This document shows, in pieces, positions 26,954 through 33,184 of a stretch of 33,184 nt of DNA. Each line of letters begins with the position of its first letter. Positions within the stretch are counted from its first letter, which is position 1. A program made the translations under genes and the position numbers. The DNA comes from an uncultured Candidatus Saccharibacteria bacterium (GTDB lineage Bacteria; Patescibacteriota; Minisyncoccia; Phycocordibacterales; CSBR16-193), in NCBI GenBank assembly GCA_964388095.1, contig CAYLYL010000002.1, positions 1,323-34,506 of the forward strand. The letters are read 5' to 3'. The notes below the pieces were generated by a model, which made no database searches, was not told the origin of the DNA, and saw only the letters and a program-made list of their open reading frames with translations.

Positions 26954-28471
26954 ATGAGCAAGGAAAGCACCGAGATACCTATTAATCGAACAAAAGCCGC
27001 TCCGCGACGCCGGGTGCGGAAGCTGACTTTTTGGGAAAAAAATGTAGCGGCAGTGACCTTTATGGGAGTTGTGATAGGAATTCTTGTCGGTGCGTATGGA
27101 CTGTATCTGGTTTGGGAAGTGGAACCGAATTATCAGGTCATAATTTCCCCGCCTGATCAGGAGCAACAAGAGTATGTTCTAACTTATGGCTCTTATCCGG
27201 AAATGACCCAGCCGGACTTTTTCGACAATACCCTGAAACAGTTCAAAGAGCAGAGGAGCTCTTTTTTGGAAGCTGATCTGGTAAATAAAGAAATACGAGT
27301 CTTTAAAGACGGAAAGGTGGAGTTTGAAGCCCCGATCGCGGCCAAAGGACGAGCCGGTTCCTGGTGGGAAACACCGGCCGGACTTTATGAGGTTCAAACC
27401 AAGAGCCCCAATCATTTTTCCCGATTGGCCAGTGTACATATGCCCTGGAGCATTCAATTCCACGGCAACTTCTTCATTCACGGCTGGCCTTACCACCCCG
27501 ACGGTAGACCTCTTTCCTCACAATTCACCGGCGGATGTATCCGACTGAACAACGATGACGCTCAACAATTATATCAGCTAGCTAAACCGGGAATGCCGGT
27601 CCTGGTTCATAATCGTCCCCCGGAAGACGGCCTCACTTACTCCACCGAACCACAGGTAAGCGCCGACAGTTTCCTGGTGGCCGATCTAAAAAATGATTTT
27701 GTATTCTTTGAAGAGGGTCAAAACCAAACCTTTCCTATGTCTTCTTTTGTCCATTCCTTGACCGCTTTAGTGGGAGTGGAACATATCAATCTGGGCGACA
27801 GTTATGTTCACATTAATGACGATATGTTAACCGAAACTCCCCGCGAAAGATTACAAGCCGGAGAACGACTGTCATTCTACCAACTGCTTTTCCCTTTACT
27901 GATGGAATCATCCAACGAAGCCGCGCGAGCTGCCGTCTCCACCCGAGGAGAAAAATTATTCGTAAACTGGCTAAACAGCAAAGCTCGTGCTTTGGGAATG
28001 GAGCAAACCGAGATAAACGGAATAACCTCCGACAGCGATAACCTGACCTCTTTATACGATCTGTATCGCTTCACCCACCATGTTTACCACAACCGTCGTT
28101 TTGTTTTGGAGATCAGCGCCTTACAAGACGGTGCAGCCGACTGGAAAAGTGTTTACGGCAGTCCGGCCTGGGATGATCTGGAAAACCTCCACCCTCTGTC
28201 CCGAACCGACAATTTCCGGGGCGGCGCGCGCAAGACCGCCGACCCGAGATCTGAAGAACCCGACTCTTACACCTTGTCGGCGGTTTATCAGGTAAAGATC
28301 AACGGACATGACAGACCGCTGATCTTTCTGTTGCGCGGATCCGAAGACCCCGAGCAAGATATTGAAAAAATGAAAAACTCCATCATAAGTACCTACTCAT
28401 TAAAGGAAAAAACCGAGGACGATATCCCGAAAGAAAAAGAAGGGTGGCAAGACGAGTATCAAGAACAGTAA
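26954..28471 (+). CDS. L,D-transpeptidase (YkuD) fused to a degenerate D-Ala-D-Ala carboxypeptidase (S11)-like domain
   Basis: It has an N-terminal TM helix. The YkuD motif is HG...SQFTGGCIRL, with the Cys codon at 27536-27538. The C-terminal half carries S11-like blocks: PMSSFVHSLTALV, LLMESSNEAARA and RKTA. Confidence 0.75.
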   Translation: MSKESTEIPINRTKAAPRRRVRKLTFWEKNVAAVTFMGVVIGILVGAYGLYLVWEVEPNYQVIISPPDQEQQEYVLTYGSYPEMTQPDFFDNTLKQFKEQRSSFLEADLVNKEIRVFKDGKVEFEAPIAAKGRAGSWWETPAGLYEVQTKSPNHFSRLASVHMPWSIQFHGNFFIHGWPYHPDGRPLSSQFTGGCIRLNNDDAQQLYQLAKPGMPVLVHNRPPEDGLTYSTEPQVSADSFLVADLKNDFVFFEEGQNQTFPMSSFVHSLTALVGVEHINLGDSYVHINDDMLTETPRERLQAGERLSFYQLLFPLLMESSNEAARAAVSTRGEKLFVNWLNSKARALGMEQTEINGITSDSDNLTSLYDLYRFTHHVYHNRRFVLEISALQDGAADWKSVYGSPAWDDLENLHPLSRTDNFRGGARKTADPRSEEPDSYTLSAVYQVKINGHDRPLIFLLRGSEDPEQDIEKMKNSIISTYSLKEKTEDDIPKEKEGWQDEYQEQ

Positions 28472-28556
28472 AATTAAAATGGTTTGCTAAATAGCTATTT
28501 ATAGTTTAATCTTTAAATATCGTACTATTCCATCATACAAAGAAAGAGAGGACGAT

Positions 28557-28649
28557 ATGAATAGAATCGACTATTTTTTTGGGTTTGGACTTCTCCCTGA
28601 AGAAGCCCAGGAAAAAGACCCAGAACCGGAACAAAAAAAGAGGAACTAG
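28557..28649 (+). CDS. Candidate 30-aa small protein (MNRIDYFFGFGLLPEEAQEKDPEPEQKKRN)
   Basis: The purine-rich tract AGAGAGGA ends 5 nt upstream of the ATG. Two hairpins follow, including a terminator at 28692-28722. Confidence 0.3.
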   Translation: MNRIDYFFGFGLLPEEAQEKDPEPEQKKRN

Positions 28650-28691
28650 AAAGCGAGGAAGAATACCTCGCGTCTCTTTCTGGGAAATAAT

Positions 28692-28722
28692 AACCGGCGC
28701 CCCGCGCCGGTTCCGCTTTTTT
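28692..28722 (+). terminator. Intrinsic terminator
   Basis: AACCGGCGC-ccc-GCGCCGGTT is followed by CCGCTTTTTT. Confidence 0.7.
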
Positions 28723-28761
28723 AAATACTTACCCCATACCGGGGTGAATATGAACCGTTCG

Positions 28762-29036
28762 ATCACTCAAAACCAAAACAAAACCCCCTCTTCGGGGGTT
28801 TTGTTTTTGAGGGATCTTGTCTGATCTTAAGTGACCTTAAGGTCAGGCGTTTAGCTCGAACCTACTCGGAGTGCTGCTTTCGGTGGCAAGGGCTTTCCCC
28901 GTGGGTACTAACCTTCGTCCCCGGCGCGCTTCGGGGATATATTGCCCCTACTAACAGCCCGCTTTCCCTTCCTTTTTTTTGGTTGGTACTAACTCTCCTT
29001 TCGTGTTGGCTTTCGCGCTTCTGCTGATCCCTTCTG
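28762..29036 (-). ncRNA. Unclassified structured sRNA candidate, copy 1 (~270 nt including terminator)
   Basis: The promoter is TTGACA (29070-29065), a 16-nt spacer, then TGATAAATT with -10 at 29048-29043. The terminal helix pairs AGGGATC (29026-29032) with GATCCCT (28810-28816). A 51-nt core at 28901-28951 is 46/51 identical to copy 2. There is a palindromic hairpin at 28832-28845, and a terminator hairpin at 28775-28807 followed by a U-rich tail. Confidence 0.65.
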
Positions 29037-29170
29037 ACTATAAATTTATCATATTCTGATTGGCTGTCAAAGTGTAGTTATCCACAACCCAAACCCACCT
29101 TTGAGCAAAGTACTTTTCTTTCAATTAACTTTACAAGCTCACTGGTTACCAACCGACAATATCAGCTCCT

Positions 29171-29428
29171 TTTTTAATTTTAATAACAAACACCCCCGTT
29201 AAACGGGGGTGTTTGTTATGTTTTTGAAGAGGTGTTTTTTGATCTTTTAGATCTAAAATATTATTTAGTCGCCGTTTTCTTGGTCAACGGCTTTCCTTGT
29301 GGGTACTAACCTTGATCCCCGGCGCGCTTCAGGGATATATTGACCATACTCGCGGCATTATCGGTTTTCCCCTCTTCGGGTACTCATCCTTTTAGGTCCA
29401 TTTTTTAGGGCCGTTTCCACCTCTTCTA
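29171..29428 (-). ncRNA. Unclassified structured sRNA candidate, copy 2 (~255 nt including terminator)
   Basis: The promoter is TTGAAT (29463-29458), a 17-nt spacer, then TGTTAACAT with -10 at 29440-29435. The 9-bp terminal helix pairs GAAGAGGTG with CACCTCTTC (29418-29426 with 29226-29234). The core lies at 29299-29349, a palindromic hairpin at 29245-29258, and a 16-bp terminator hairpin at 29183-29219. Confidence 0.65.
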
Positions 29429-29572
29429 TTAAGAATGTTAACACGCAAAATTTAACAATTCAATCACGGTTTTCCACAACTTGTTTCTTGGTATTTGATG
29501 AAAATAACAACAGTAAAAAAACAACCTTGGGCACATTAAGATACCCGAATGCCGGATCGATCTGTACTATTA

Positions 29573-30685
29573 CTACTCTCTTTCTTCCGGCCGTTCCAGT
29601 TGAACACTTTCCAGACCGGCCGACTCGCCGGTGATGCGGACAACATCTTTATCGACCTTAAGCAGCTCCCGTCCGGCCGAGTTGTAATGATTAACGGTAG
29701 TTTTAAGTGAGTTCCCTACCTTTTGAAACAGTTCATCGTAGCGCTTTAAATGACGAGAAAGGTCTCCCACGTTCTTTTGGATCTGTTCAGCATTTTTTTC
29801 TATCTTGAAAGCATTGAACCCGTAAAGCACCGATTGCAGATAAGCATAGAAAGTGGTCGGCGAGACAATTATCACCTTCTTGTCGTTCATAGCATAATCT
29901 ATCAAGTTACGGGCATTAACGTTCCCACTCCCCACCCGATTGATAAGCAGGTCATAATAGATACCTTCGGCCGGGATGAACATAAAAGCAAACGGCAAAG
30001 TACCCTCCCGCGGTTTGATATATCTGGCCGTTTCATCGATCCGTTTTTTGAGATCTTCTTTGAACTGTTTTTCATAGCGTTCGCGCCGCTCTTCATCCTG
30101 TTCACCGGTCATCAGATTATAATTCTCTAATGAGAATTTGGCATCCACCGGTATCATACCGTCGCGGGCATGGATCACAGCATCCACTGCCATGCCGTCG
30201 GAAAAGCGATACTGAGTTTGATAAACATCAGGCGGTAAAATATTGGAAAGAATAAGCTCTAAACTGGCCTCACCGAAATTGCCGCGTTCTTTCTGACTTT
30301 TGAGAGTTCGCTGCAGATCCTGAAGCTGTTCGGCAATAGAAAAGATCTGGTTGCTTTTTTCTTTCATCTCGGTCTGACTTTGACTGACCTGCTGCAGCTG
30401 TTTATTGACCCGCTCATTGATATTTTCCACCAGCCGTTGAGATTCCCGGAATTGATCCCGCATTGCCTCCCCTACCTGTTTATTGGTTTCGCCCAGCTTA
30501 TTATCCACTGTCTGAGCCAGATCATTCATCTGCTGCAACAACAATGCCATTGAACGGTCGTCCCCTTGATCGCTTTCTTCCTTATGATGACCGCGGTAAA
30601 GGCGAAGTAAAACAAAAACATTGCCGGCCAGAAGAGCCGCCATAATTATCAAGAAAATAACTATCAGCCAAGTATCCATAGCCAT
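29573..30685 (-). CDS. rmuC: DNA recombination protein RmuC
   Basis: It has an N-terminal TM helix, a long coiled coil, and the RmuC C-terminal blocks (IPVDAKFSLENY, FAFMFIPAEGIYYD). Confidence 0.85.
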   Translation of the reverse strand: MAMDTWLIVIFLIIMAALLAGNVFVLLRLYRGHHKEESDQGDDRSMALLLQQMNDLAQTVDNKLGETNKQVGEAMRDQFRESQRLVENINERVNKQLQQVSQSQTEMKEKSNQIFSIAEQLQDLQRTLKSQKERGNFGEASLELILSNILPPDVYQTQYRFSDGMAVDAVIHARDGMIPVDAKFSLENYNLMTGEQDEERRERYEKQFKEDLKKRIDETARYIKPREGTLPFAFMFIPAEGIYYDLLINRVGSGNVNARNLIDYAMNDKKVIIVSPTTFYAYLQSVLYGFNAFKIEKNAEQIQKNVGDLSRHLKRYDELFQKVGNSLKTTVNHYNSAGRELLKVDKDVVRITGESAGLESVQLERPEERE

Positions 30686-30700
30686 AATATATCATCTTCC

Positions 30701-30730
30701 TTGCTTTTTTTACACCCTGCGAACTATAAT
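30701..30730 (+). promoter_or_regulatory. Putative promoter for the yqeY-like gene
   Basis: TTGCTT, an 18-nt spacer, then TATAAT (30725-30730), 31 nt upstream of the ATG at 30762. Confidence 0.45.
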
Positions 30731-30761
30731 GTCAGAGTAAATTATCGGTTAACAAGATCCT

Positions 30762-31217
30762 ATGTCCTTACATCAATCTATAAGAGAAGAGGTAAAAGAA
30801 GTAATGAAGCAACAAGATAAACCGCGCTTGCGGGCCATCAGAGCAATATTGGCCGAGCTGACCAACGAACTGGTTCGGCATAATAAAAAACCCCAAGAAC
30901 AACTGCCGGACCAAGAAGTGCTAACCGCCATAAATCGATTGGTCAAACAGCGCCGAGACTCCATTACACAGTACCAACAGGCCGAACGAGGCGAGCTGGT
31001 AAAAGAGGAAGAAGAAGAACTGCAAATACTGCTCGGCTATCTGCCTCGTCAGTTGAGTTATCAGGAGATCCTTCAAGCGGCGGAAGAAAAGCAACAAGAG
31101 CTGGGCCTGAGTCAACCGCAGGAGAAAGGTAAACTTATCGGCGCCTTAATGAAGGACCTGCAAGGTCAAGCGGACGGTGCCGAGGTCAAAAAAGCGGTGG
31201 AAGAATTGTTAGGTTGA
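30762..31217 (+). CDS. yqeY: GatB/YqeY domain-containing protein
   Basis: The 151 aa product reads MSLHQSIREEVKEVMKQQDKPRLRAIRAILAEL..., a typical YqeY N-terminus. Confidence 0.8.
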   Translation: MSLHQSIREEVKEVMKQQDKPRLRAIRAILAELTNELVRHNKKPQEQLPDQEVLTAINRLVKQRRDSITQYQQAERGELVKEEEEELQILLGYLPRQLSYQEILQAAEEKQQELGLSQPQEKGKLIGALMKDLQGQADGAEVKKAVEELLG

Positions 31218-31228
31218 ACAATGTTATT

Positions 31229-31750
31229 TTACCGATCTTCTCCGATGAAACGGTAGAGCTTATCGGCCCAGGCTCCGGCGTAGGAAACTCCGACCCGCGG
31301 TCCTTTGCGAATCCGCTTGGGCGGTCGCTCTTTTTCTTCTATCCATACTCCGCTTTTTTGGGTGACGGGCCGGCCGTTCAGTTCACCGCCGAGTTGCAGA
31401 TCGCGAGTTAGCCGCCCGGGACCGCTGACCTCCCGAGCACCCCGAATAAGAACCGCTTCCGGACGATCCCGAACCGCGGTAACCACATTCAGCATATAGT
31501 ACATTCCGTAGATTAGATAAACATAGAACACTCCACCCTCTTGATACATCACTTCAGTGCGTTTAGTTCGTCCGCGGGAAGCATGACAGGCCAGGTCCTC
31601 TTCACCAACATAGGCCTCGGTTTCACTGATGGTCAATCGCTTGATCTTTCCGGAACTATCGCGCACCGCCAGCCGGCAATACAAAAGATCCGGCGCCACC
31701 TGCAGAGCAGAACACCGATAGAAACTCGGTGGTAATTGTCGGGTTTTCAT
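31229..31750 (-). CDS. mpg: DNA-3-methyladenine glycosylase (MPG/AAG family)
   Basis: It contains ISETEAYVGEEDLACHASRGRTKRTEVMYQEGGVFYVYLIYGMYYMLNVV, the MPG family signature. It converges with yqeY. Confidence 0.85.
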   Translation of the reverse strand: MKTRQLPPSFYRCSALQVAPDLLYCRLAVRDSSGKIKRLTISETEAYVGEEDLACHASRGRTKRTEVMYQEGGVFYVYLIYGMYYMLNVVTAVRDRPEAVLIRGAREVSGPGRLTRDLQLGGELNGRPVTQKSGVWIEEKERPPKRIRKGPRVGVSYAGAWADKLYRFIGEDR

Positions 31751-31843
31751 AACCGGATATTAACAAGAGTTGACGGTTTAAGCTATTATTCGGTCATTAT
31801 CATTAGTTGGTCTAATGCTTAACAACATCCTTTGACTTTGAGA

Positions 31844-31861
31844 TAGCTATCCGGATAGCTA
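31844..31861. promoter_or_regulatory. Perfect 18-bp palindrome TAGCTATCCGGATAGCTA, candidate operator
   Basis: It lies in the divergent mpg / prenyltransferase-like intergenic region, 11 nt upstream of the -35 element at 31873. Confidence 0.45.
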
Positions 31862-31872
31862 AACCAACTCTC

Positions 31873-31902
31873 TTGACAGAATAAATAGTATTAATGTATA
31901 AA
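31873..31902 (+). promoter_or_regulatory. Putative promoter for the 31990-32853 gene
   Basis: TTGACA (31873-31878), an 18-nt spacer, then TATAAA (31897-31902). Confidence 0.5.
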
Positions 31903-31989
31903 AAAACAGGCAAGTTCAGTAACGGTTATATCCATTTCTATCAGGTTATTTAGTCCAGGTTGTTTAGTCAACTTAGAAAGGAATTTGGA

Positions 31990-32853
31990 ATGAACACTAA
32001 AAGCTTACATGAAGCGACCTCCAGAAGCGTGGAGTACCTGCTAAACTTCGAGCCTGGCTCATATCGAGATTTCGGTGATCAACTCAGCCACGGAGCCAGT
32101 CTGGCTTGGACCATTGCCTGTGTGGCATCTACTCTTAAAGAGTTAGGTGCCACTTGGAGACTCAAGAAAATGACAGATTTTCTCTTGTCCCTCCAGGGAT
32201 CGGAGGGAGAGTGGTCCTACAACACGATCGTACCCGGAGATGCGGATAGCACACTTCGGGCCATCCAATGCTTATTAAAAGCCGGGTACTCTTACGACAG
32301 CACTCCGGTAGCAAAAGGAGTCTGGTTCGTAGTGAAGCACCAACAAGCCGACGGAGGAATAGCCACTTTCCTGCCAGAGGCGGTTGCCTCTTTGGGGTAT
32401 AACAACTATGAGGGGTGGACTGCTTCTCATTCCTGTGTAACTGCTCTGGCCAGTCGGATACTTCCCCGTTCTCCGGCTCAAAAAAGGGCAAGAGAATTTG
32501 TTCTTTCCCGTCTTCGGAAAGGTCAAGCCGGTGCCTACTGGTGGTTATCTCCGTGGTACGTCAGATATGAAGCCGGCGTGAGGAACGGTGAACCGATCAG
32601 CAATGATCCGGTAGATTTGGGGTTGTATTTACTGCTCCAGTCCAAACTGAAAATAGCTGACCCATACAACCTCCATCGACTTTGGAGTCTGCAACTGGAG
32701 GACGGCGGTTTCCCGGTCAGTCATCAATTCCGGATACCACGTCCTGATCAGCTGTCTCCCACCCCCGAAGATGAGGTGGTTCCGGATAGAAGCCGAATTC
32801 TTGCCACTTCAGCGGCCGGGGTCGCTCTAGAAAGACAGCGGAAACTCCACTAG
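31990..32853 (+). CDS. Prenyltransferase / squalene-oxidase repeat (terpene-cyclase-like alpha/alpha toroid) protein
   Basis: It has repeated motifs LQGSEGEWSYN, QQADGGIATF and LQLEDGGFPV. AAGGAA lies 7 nt upstream of the ATG at 31990, and the TTG at 31960 is less likely to be the start. Confidence 0.65.
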   Translation: MNTKSLHEATSRSVEYLLNFEPGSYRDFGDQLSHGASLAWTIACVASTLKELGATWRLKKMTDFLLSLQGSEGEWSYNTIVPGDADSTLRAIQCLLKAGYSYDSTPVAKGVWFVVKHQQADGGIATFLPEAVASLGYNNYEGWTASHSCVTALASRILPRSPAQKRAREFVLSRLRKGQAGAYWWLSPWYVRYEAGVRNGEPISNDPVDLGLYLLLQSKLKIADPYNLHRLWSLQLEDGGFPVSHQFRIPRPDQLSPTPEDEVVPDRSRILATSAAGVALERQRKLH

Positions 32854-32886
32854 GATCGTGGCCTTGGCCCCCAACTCTTTTGAGAT

Positions 32887-32926
32887 CCGGTCTTCTTGGC
32901 AAGAGGACCGGTCTCTTATTATTATT
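32887..32926 (+). terminator. Intrinsic terminator
   Basis: An 11-bp stem (CCGGTCTTCTT-ggc-AAGAGGACCGG, including one G-U pair) is followed by TCTCTTATTATTATT. Confidence 0.7.
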
Positions 32927-33130
32927 CGCTATCAACATCTTAAGACGCTTAATAAAAAGCTATAAAAAAATAGAACAAAACTCCATTAAAGAACCACTTG
33001 GCTTTTTCCGGTTTACAAACAAGTTAGTAAAAATCTTTAAAAAACTTTAGGACCATTGCCCCTTAGTCATGATCGTCGGATCACCGGACTCGATTTAAAA
33101 TTTACCTCTGTTGTCAAAAAGGAGCTGACC

Positions 33131-33158
33131 TTGTCAGCAAGCGGTAAATGTGTATAAT
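33131..33158 (+). promoter_or_regulatory. Near-consensus extended -10 promoter firing out of the window
   Basis: TTGTCA (33131-33136), a 16-nt spacer ending in TG-T, then TATAAT (33153-33158). Only about 26 nt of transcript are visible. Confidence 0.5.
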
Positions 33159-33184
33159 GAGGGCGCATTAGGAGCGTAAGTGCC

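Noticed and set aside
28533-28824. ORF-track entries 28533-28766 (-) and 28579-28824 (+).
   Set aside because: They overlap each other, run through terminator hairpins and have basic low-complexity translations. The region is better explained by the small 30-codon ORF, terminators and the sRNA 3' end.
28901-28951. The sRNA core could be a T-box leader or riboswitch, because GGUUAGUACCCACGGGG loosely resembles the T-box GGUGGUACCGCG and AGUA elements are present.
   Set aside because: No gene lies downstream of either copy on the minus strand; the next gene is convergent. Each copy has its own promoter and its terminator abuts a closing helix. The UGGN bulge, a specifier-loop context and an antiterminator alternative are all absent.
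29371-29400. Hammerhead-like string in sRNA copy 2 (GGAUGAGUACCCGAAGAGGGGAAAAC).
   Set aside because: The CUGAUGA core is not intact, and the corresponding segment of copy 1 lacks it entirely.

Overview
This 33.2 kb window is compact and gene-dense, at roughly 45% GC by eye. About 90% of genes lie on the minus strand. It uses the standard genetic code, since TGA closes well-conserved genes such as pilB. The gene content suggests a small-genome uncultivated bacterium, possibly Patescibacteria/CPR-like. That placement rests only on many anchored or acidic hypothetical proteins, a type IV pilus module and short intergenic spacers. From left to right I see five blocks. (1) A type IV pilus / T2SS-like operon: receiver domain, PilB ATPase, PilC platform and two prepilin-type proteins. 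The last of these is open at the window edge and is not in the supplied ORF track. (2) Housekeeping and envelope genes: tyrS, a YihY/BrkB protein, a GH15-like hydrolase, a SpoIIM-like protein, an ABC exporter, trpS, an HD-domain protein and a nuclease-like protein. (3) A ~6.4 kb copper/heavy-metal island (20240-26632). It holds a CPH-type P1B ATPase, a CsoR/RcnR-family repressor, a DUF411 protein and several Cys/His-motif membrane proteins. It is driven by a consensus promoter whose spacer is filled by a perfect CsoR-type palindrome. (4) An L,D-transpeptidase fused to a degenerate S11-peptidase-like domain. (5) A 1.1 kb non-coding gap containing two tandem, paralogous, structured sRNA candidates of about 250 nt, followed by rmuC, a yqeY-like gene, mpg and a prenyltransferase/terpene-cyclase-repeat gene. 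The sRNA pair is the most interesting item. Each copy has its own extended -10 promoter, a covarying terminal helix and a terminator, and I cannot assign either copy to any RNA family I know. No tRNA, rRNA, CRISPR array or transposase was found.
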